Under the pieces are notes generated by a model. It searched no databases, was not told the DNA's origin, and saw only the letters and a program-made list of their open reading frames with translations. A program made the translations under genes and the position numbers. This document shows, piece by piece, positions 54,161 through 58,317 of a DNA stretch of 58,317 bases (position 1 is its first letter; each line of letters begins with the position of its first letter). The DNA is taken from IMG/VR virus record IMGVR_UViG_3300031774_000014, positions 1 through 58,317 of that record, one strand, 5' to 3'. Origin of the DNA: a virus. Its lineage: Duplodnaviria; Caudoviricetes.

Positions 54161-56426
54161 TATTTTGGTCACACAAGGAAATATAGTCAAGAACATTTTG
54201 CATAATGTTACCGAAATTACGATCTTCAGTTAGATTAGAACTATAACTTACTGAACTAGCAACCATCTTGAGCAAAGGATAATTAGCTTCAATTTCCTTG
54301 TAATTATTCTCGTAGGCATCTACATCTACATTTAAATTTAAGAAATTTTCGAGCCAATTAAAGTCCTTATGAGTCACAAGACACACACATTGATTAAGAA
54401 AATGCTTGACATTATCCAAGTTTCTTGCCTTGTAGTCTATGAGAAAACGATTTAACACATGATCTTCACCAAGTGAACTTGTATCAAGCGAGCGATTGGA
54501 AAGAAAATTATTCCAATGATAGTCCATATGGACATCAGCTTTATCGAGTTGATTTTTACGTACAATTAACTTTGCATCATTCTTTTTTGAGCGAATGTGG
54601 TTTTTGGCGAAATCGACATACATATCTTCCCAAGAAATCCATAAATCAGTATCTAGTTTAGATACATCCTTTGAGCGAATGCCATAGACATCTAGCATTG
54701 GATCATTTTCATCTGCTTGTAAATTCTTGCGAATTAACTTTGTAGTCTTGAGAACTTTTTCATTGTCGAATTCATCACTATCAACTTTGTAGTTCTTGAT
54801 GGCAACATAAACATTCTTACCCTTGTAATTAGATTGACCATCAAATTCTAGGCTTGACAATGGTGCTTTTACGTCTTCCCAAAAATCTGCATTGCGATAT
54901 GGTTGATAACCATTAAAGTTCATTTTGAACAAAGGAACATTTGCACGACTTTGACCTTTACCACTAGCAACACGATTAGGTTTTTCCTTCTCGACTTCAG
55001 AACTATTGAAAAGATATTTTTCGTTAATTAAGTCACGATGACATTCATCATCGAACCATGCCCAACCCGAACCATTTTTGGGGTGAACAATATAAACATT
55101 CTTTAGTTCGGAGTCATTGTTCATCATTGTACGAACTCTAAGATTGTTGCCATGAGAAGAATCTAAATCTTGAATCAAGATTGCGGTATCATCTTGACAA
55201 ACAACTCTATTAGTCTTTTGACTTTGCACCTTGAAACCATTACGCGCATCTTTATCTTCATTTTTTTGCGATAAAGTAATAATTACATCGTCATGCAAAT
55301 CGTATGGACGATCAAAAGTTGAAGAGTTAACACTATAACCTTGCCATTCAAATGCTTGACCAAAGCTAGAACGAATGCCATAAGGTAAACTATTTAGTAC
55401 GATTGCATAGTTGCGTTTAGCATCAAAGTAGCAAGTAGAACTTGAAAGTTTTTCGACTGCAATTACTTTTATATCTTTAGCAACTTTAAACAAAATTTTG
55501 CACAATGATTTTTGTGTTGCTTTGTTGTACTCTAAAGCCTCACGACTATGATGCAACTTTACTGAACCAAGTGGCACACGAAATACAAAGTTGCGATCAC
55601 TAATTAATTCAGTAACAATTTTGCGGATTTTTTCATCAGCAATAAAGTTGTCTACATTGATTGCATTGGCATCGAGTTTGTACTTGACTCTACCCATAAG
55701 AATAGAAGCATGATAATGACCATAACCATAATGATTCCTATCCTCTTCAACAAAGAACCATGAATCATCATCTGCACCGAAAGATTTCTTGACTTCGGGA
55801 ATAAAATGCTCTTCTACACCAAGAAACTTGGGCATATCTTTTTGTGGAAAGAATCGGAAGAAGTCTTGCACAACGTTACGAAATTCACTAATGTCACTTT
55901 CTGCAACTGCAACTTCGATTGACAATCCTGTTGGCTCATTAGTTGGCTCGGAAAACAATTTGGAAATCTTGGTATCGTCATCATCATTAACAAATACATT
56001 GTAAGATGTCTTGAGTCCACCATGATAAGAAACACAAGTAAAGTTTTCACCATAAGACAATGGAGCAAACTTACCGATACCGAAAGCACCGATATAGTTA
56101 TTAGATTCGCGCTTGGTGCTTTTACCATACTTGGAATAAAGACCGAAAACATCTTCTTCACTAAGTCCACCCCCGAAATCACGAACCGCAAAGGTTGGAC
56201 TTAAAGAGGTTGGTACTTTGATTTCGATTTGGCACGTAGAATTTGCTTCTCTGTTCGCGTCGATTGCATTGGCACTAATTTCGCGTACTACTGCGAGTCG
56301 AGTGTTGGAATAATTGTTTCTTAGTAGCGAAGCTACATAACGCATATCTTCTGCATCTATTGTGCAGTTGACACTTTCAAAGTTGTGACTACTTGTGACT
56401 TGTGTTTTTTCTTGTGTGATTATCAT
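54144..56426 (-). CDS. rIIA: rIIA-like protein (N-terminal GHKL ATPase)
   Basis: VREI.ANA.D, VRDFG.GL, Y..YG.STK..SN..IG.FGIG.K, SRE.L.Y motifs. Confidence 0.9.
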   Translation of the reverse strand: MIITQEKTQVTSSHNFESVNCTIDAEDMRYVASLLRNNYSNTRLAVVREISANAIDANREANSTCQIEIKVPTSLSPTFAVRDFGGGLSEEDVFGLYSKYGKSTKRESNNYIGAFGIGKFAPLSYGENFTCVSYHGGLKTSYNVFVNDDDDTKISKLFSEPTNEPTGLSIEVAVAESDISEFRNVVQDFFRFFPQKDMPKFLGVEEHFIPEVKKSFGADDDSWFFVEEDRNHYGYGHYHASILMGRVKYKLDANAINVDNFIADEKIRKIVTELISDRNFVFRVPLGSVKLHHSREALEYNKATQKSLCKILFKVAKDIKVIAVEKLSSSTCYFDAKRNYAIVLNSLPYGIRSSFGQAFEWQGYSVNSSTFDRPYDLHDDVIITLSQKNEDKDARNGFKVQSQKTNRVVCQDDTAILIQDLDSSHGNNLRVRTMMNNDSELKNVYIVHPKNGSGWAWFDDECHRDLINEKYLFNSSEVEKEKPNRVASGKGQSRANVPLFKMNFNGYQPYRNADFWEDVKAPLSSLEFDGQSNYKGKNVYVAIKNYKVDSDEFDNEKVLKTTKLIRKNLQADENDPMLDVYGIRSKDVSKLDTDLWISWEDMYVDFAKNHIRSKKNDAKLIVRKNQLDKADVHMDYHWNNFLSNRSLDTSSLGEDHVLNRFLIDYKARNLDNVKHFLNQCVCLVTHKDFNWLENFLNLNVDVDAYENNYKEIEANYPLLKMVASSVSYSSNLTEDRNFGNIMQNVLDYISLCDQNRGEGE

Positions 56427-56512
56427 TTTTGTTTCCTTTGTGATTGTTAAGTATGATTGAAGTATGACAGATTTTTAGGTTATGTCAACACCTTTTTTAA
56501 AATTTCTTAATT

Positions 56513-56725
56513 TTATCTGCTCCCCCCATTTATACCTTCTAATCTATTATATTGAGCTTGATAGTTATAACCTTCAATAATTTCTTGTTCAACTAAATCA
56601 TTGATTCTGCTAACATCTTCTATTTCTATATCGAAATATGTTTCAATAGCATGAGCTATATCTTCAACACAATCGTTGAATGCTTCGGTTTGAGTAAATC
56701 CATTTTTTGTTTTTGCAATTTTCAT
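56513..56725 (-). CDS. Hypothetical protein (70 aa)
   Basis: AAGGAG SD. Confidence 0.7.
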   Translation of the reverse strand: MKIAKTKNGFTQTEAFNDCVEDIAHAIETYFDIEIEDVSRINDLVEQEIIEGYNYQAQYNRLEGINGGSR

Positions 56726-56784
56726 GTCGATATTTTCTCCTTTTGTAAACGTGTTGTTGATAATATGTACTCAACATAAACAGA

Positions 56785-56973
56785 TTAATTAGAGTTGTCA
56801 ATACTTAAATGCATTTGTTCAAAAAGAGCAGAATCTTCCTCTACTTCTTTGATCTCTACTTTAATATCGGGTAAATCTTCATTGTTTTTAAAAGTAAATT
56901 CCAATGGTTGCCCCCCTAATAACCCTACGATTTCTTCGTGAGTTATCCCTAATTGTATCTTGTATTTATTCAT
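56785..56973 (-). CDS. Hypothetical protein (62 aa)
   Basis: Coupled ORF. Confidence 0.7.
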   Translation of the reverse strand: MNKYKIQLGITHEEIVGLLGGQPLEFTFKNNEDLPDIKVEIKEVEEDSALFEQMHLSIDNSN

Positions 56974-57169
56974 TTTCGTGTTTGTCTATTAAATCTTCCA
57001 AGTCCCATTCAGATAAATGCTCGAAATTTTCTGTGGATTTAAATGACCCATCTAAATAGGTTGCTCCACCCATGCCATCGTTACATATTTCGACGCCATC
57101 TATATTTGTTTTACATTGATAACCAATGCCTTTGTTGGTTTGAAAATATCTTATGCTTGTTACTTTCAT
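56966..57169 (-). CDS. Hypothetical protein (67 aa)
   Basis: Coupled ORF; I.NDG.GG.T motif. Confidence 0.75.
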   Translation of the reverse strand: MKVTSIRYFQTNKGIGYQCKTNIDGVEICNDGMGGATYLDGSFKSTENFEHLSEWDLEDLIDKHENE

Positions 57170-57396
57170 GCTATTTCCAATCTATAATATTCGTTCTCTA
57201 TTAGTTCTGCTTCGGTAAGGCTATCAAGACCATTATAATTTTCATAAACTTCACGAATGTAATCTAAACCTTTTCCAACATAAAATGCAGGAGTATAATC
57301 TTCTTCTTCGTGCAAACCATTTAATCTGTCTACCTCAAGGATATAATCTAACATTTTTTGTGGCTCGATATTCCAAACTTTTCTTACATATTTCAT
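57166..57396 (-). CDS. Hypothetical protein (76 aa)
   Basis: Coupled ORF. Confidence 0.7.
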   Translation of the reverse strand: MKYVRKVWNIEPQKMLDYILEVDRLNGLHEEEDYTPAFYVGKGLDYIREVYENYNGLDSLTEAELIENEYYRLEIA

Positions 57397-57659
57397 TTTA
57401 TATATTCTCTTTCTCTTAAATTTTCTTCAAACTCTACGCGGAAATGATTAAGCCAATTAGGGCAATCTTCAGCAATTTCTGCGACAATCTTCCAAGGATC
57501 ACCTATAAAATTGTCAATGTCAACATCATAATAGAATTTAATTTGTTCTACTAATGGCATATCTTTTATGTATTGTTCGTATGTTGGTAATTCCATGATT
57601 ACATTATCATAGTATTCGCACTCATCTTCATTTGTGCCATCATATATTGGTTGTTTCAT
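57393..57659 (-). CDS. Hypothetical protein (88 aa)
   Basis: TTGACA-17-TAGTTT-7-ATG. Confidence 0.75.
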   Translation of the reverse strand: MKQPIYDGTNEDECEYYDNVIMELPTYEQYIKDMPLVEQIKFYYDVDIDNFIGDPWKIVAEIAEDCPNWLNHFRVEFEENLREREYIK

Positions 57660-57770
57660 ATTTTCTAAACTAGGTTAATTTGCATGATATGTCAAGCATT
57701 TTTATGTGTTTTGGGTAAAAAGTTTGTATTTAAGTATGAAAACTATTATTCTGCATCTTTTATCATGCAA

Positions 57771-58004
57771 TTATTGTAATCTACCCCCTGCATCTAATAC
57801 ATTGCGAAGACAACTAGATTGACCTGCGCGAGCAGTAACTTTCTTGGCATGGGCGAATGCACTTGGATCATTAAATGTTTGCATGACCATAGTCGATTTG
57901 TCAAGATAAACATTAAGACCCTTCTTGGGGATCGAGTTGGCAACCTTGGTTGCATTGGTGATTGATTTTTGTATATCTGCTAAGAATGCTTGCGCGGTAT
58001 CCAT
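57771..58004 (-). CDS. Hypothetical protein (77 aa)
   Basis: Start reassigned to MDTAQAF; TTGACA-17-TATTGT promoter upstream. Confidence 0.7.
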   Translation of the reverse strand: MDTAQAFLADIQKSITNATKVANSIPKKGLNVYLDKSTMVMQTFNDPSAFAHAKKVTARAGQSSCLRNVLDAGGRLQ

Positions 58005-58069
58005 AATTTTTCTTTTGTTAGTGTGATTAATAAGAAAGACAATAAATGAAGTGATTGCTATTGTCAATA

Positions 58070-58252
58070 CTATTTTACATATTTTTTAATTTCACCATTT
58101 TTTAAACTCAATTCACTTTCTATATTTTCCGCCATATTTTGACCGACAGATATTTCGTGATCTTTAGACAGGGTATTTAATAATTGAGCTAAATTTTTAC
58201 CTGTTTTAATTCTATAATCTTGTCCTGCAAGAAATAAATTTTCAGTAGTCAT
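58070..58252 (-). CDS. Hypothetical protein (60 aa)
   Basis: ORF co-oriented with early cluster. Confidence 0.55.
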   Translation of the reverse strand: MTTENLFLAGQDYRIKTGKNLAQLLNTLSKDHEISVGQNMAENIESELSLKNGEIKKYVK

Positions 58253-58317
58253 CAAAGTAAGATCATCTATCTTAATTAAAATGTAATTTACTGAATCTGT
58301 GCTACCTCGTACTCCTA

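Noticed and set aside
1-58317. tRNA genes, alternative genetic code, introns/inteins, DGR or retron
   Set aside because: No cloverleaf seen by eye; long ORFs are intact in code 11; terL and portal are uninterrupted; no reverse transcriptase ORF (tRNAscan not run)
1-58317. Assigning a host (impression of an aquatic PVC/Verrucomicrobia-type host)
   Set aside because: Only an impression from gene style; sigma70-type promoters argue against Bacteroidota but do not identify the host

Overview
This is a 58-kb segment of a large, AT-rich dsDNA tailed phage (Caudoviricetes) using the standard genetic code. No tail-sheath gene is recognisable, so the tail is probably long and non-contractile. Positions 1-38.3 kb hold the late module, almost all on the minus strand. 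It contains three tail-tube-fold paralogs, a 3322-aa tape measure protein, neck proteins, major capsid, decoration protein, prohead protease/scaffold, portal and large terminase. It also has an ERCC4 nuclease, a phage sigma factor, PhoH, a stand-alone Xre/MbcA/ParS antitoxin-like protein, an RCC1-repeat protein and a 2OG-Fe(II) oxygenase. Many late genes are preceded by a GTGTA motif. Positions 38.7-58.3 kb hold an early/accessory region of small ORFs (GP88-like, DUF932, WYL-like, sigma-region-4, rIIA/rIIB), most with their own sigma70-type promoter placed so the mRNA is leaderless. Five unexplained structures stand out. (1) Seven copies of a 67-bp element made of two 25-bp dyads and a GC-rich 17-bp linker; six copies start exactly 66 bp upstream of a start codon. 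(2) A tape measure protein whose middle is divided by G(F/L)VPNF repeats into cargo-like modules, including PD-(D/E)xK nuclease-like motifs. (3) An ORF-free, structured transcription unit with promoter, boxA-like element and terminator at 49.3-49.7 kb. (4) A shared 27-bp dyad motif upstream of the two putatively most-expressed structural transcripts. (5) A basic protein built of modules each preceded by E-S-x-A. All functional calls come from reading motifs by eye; no searches were run.
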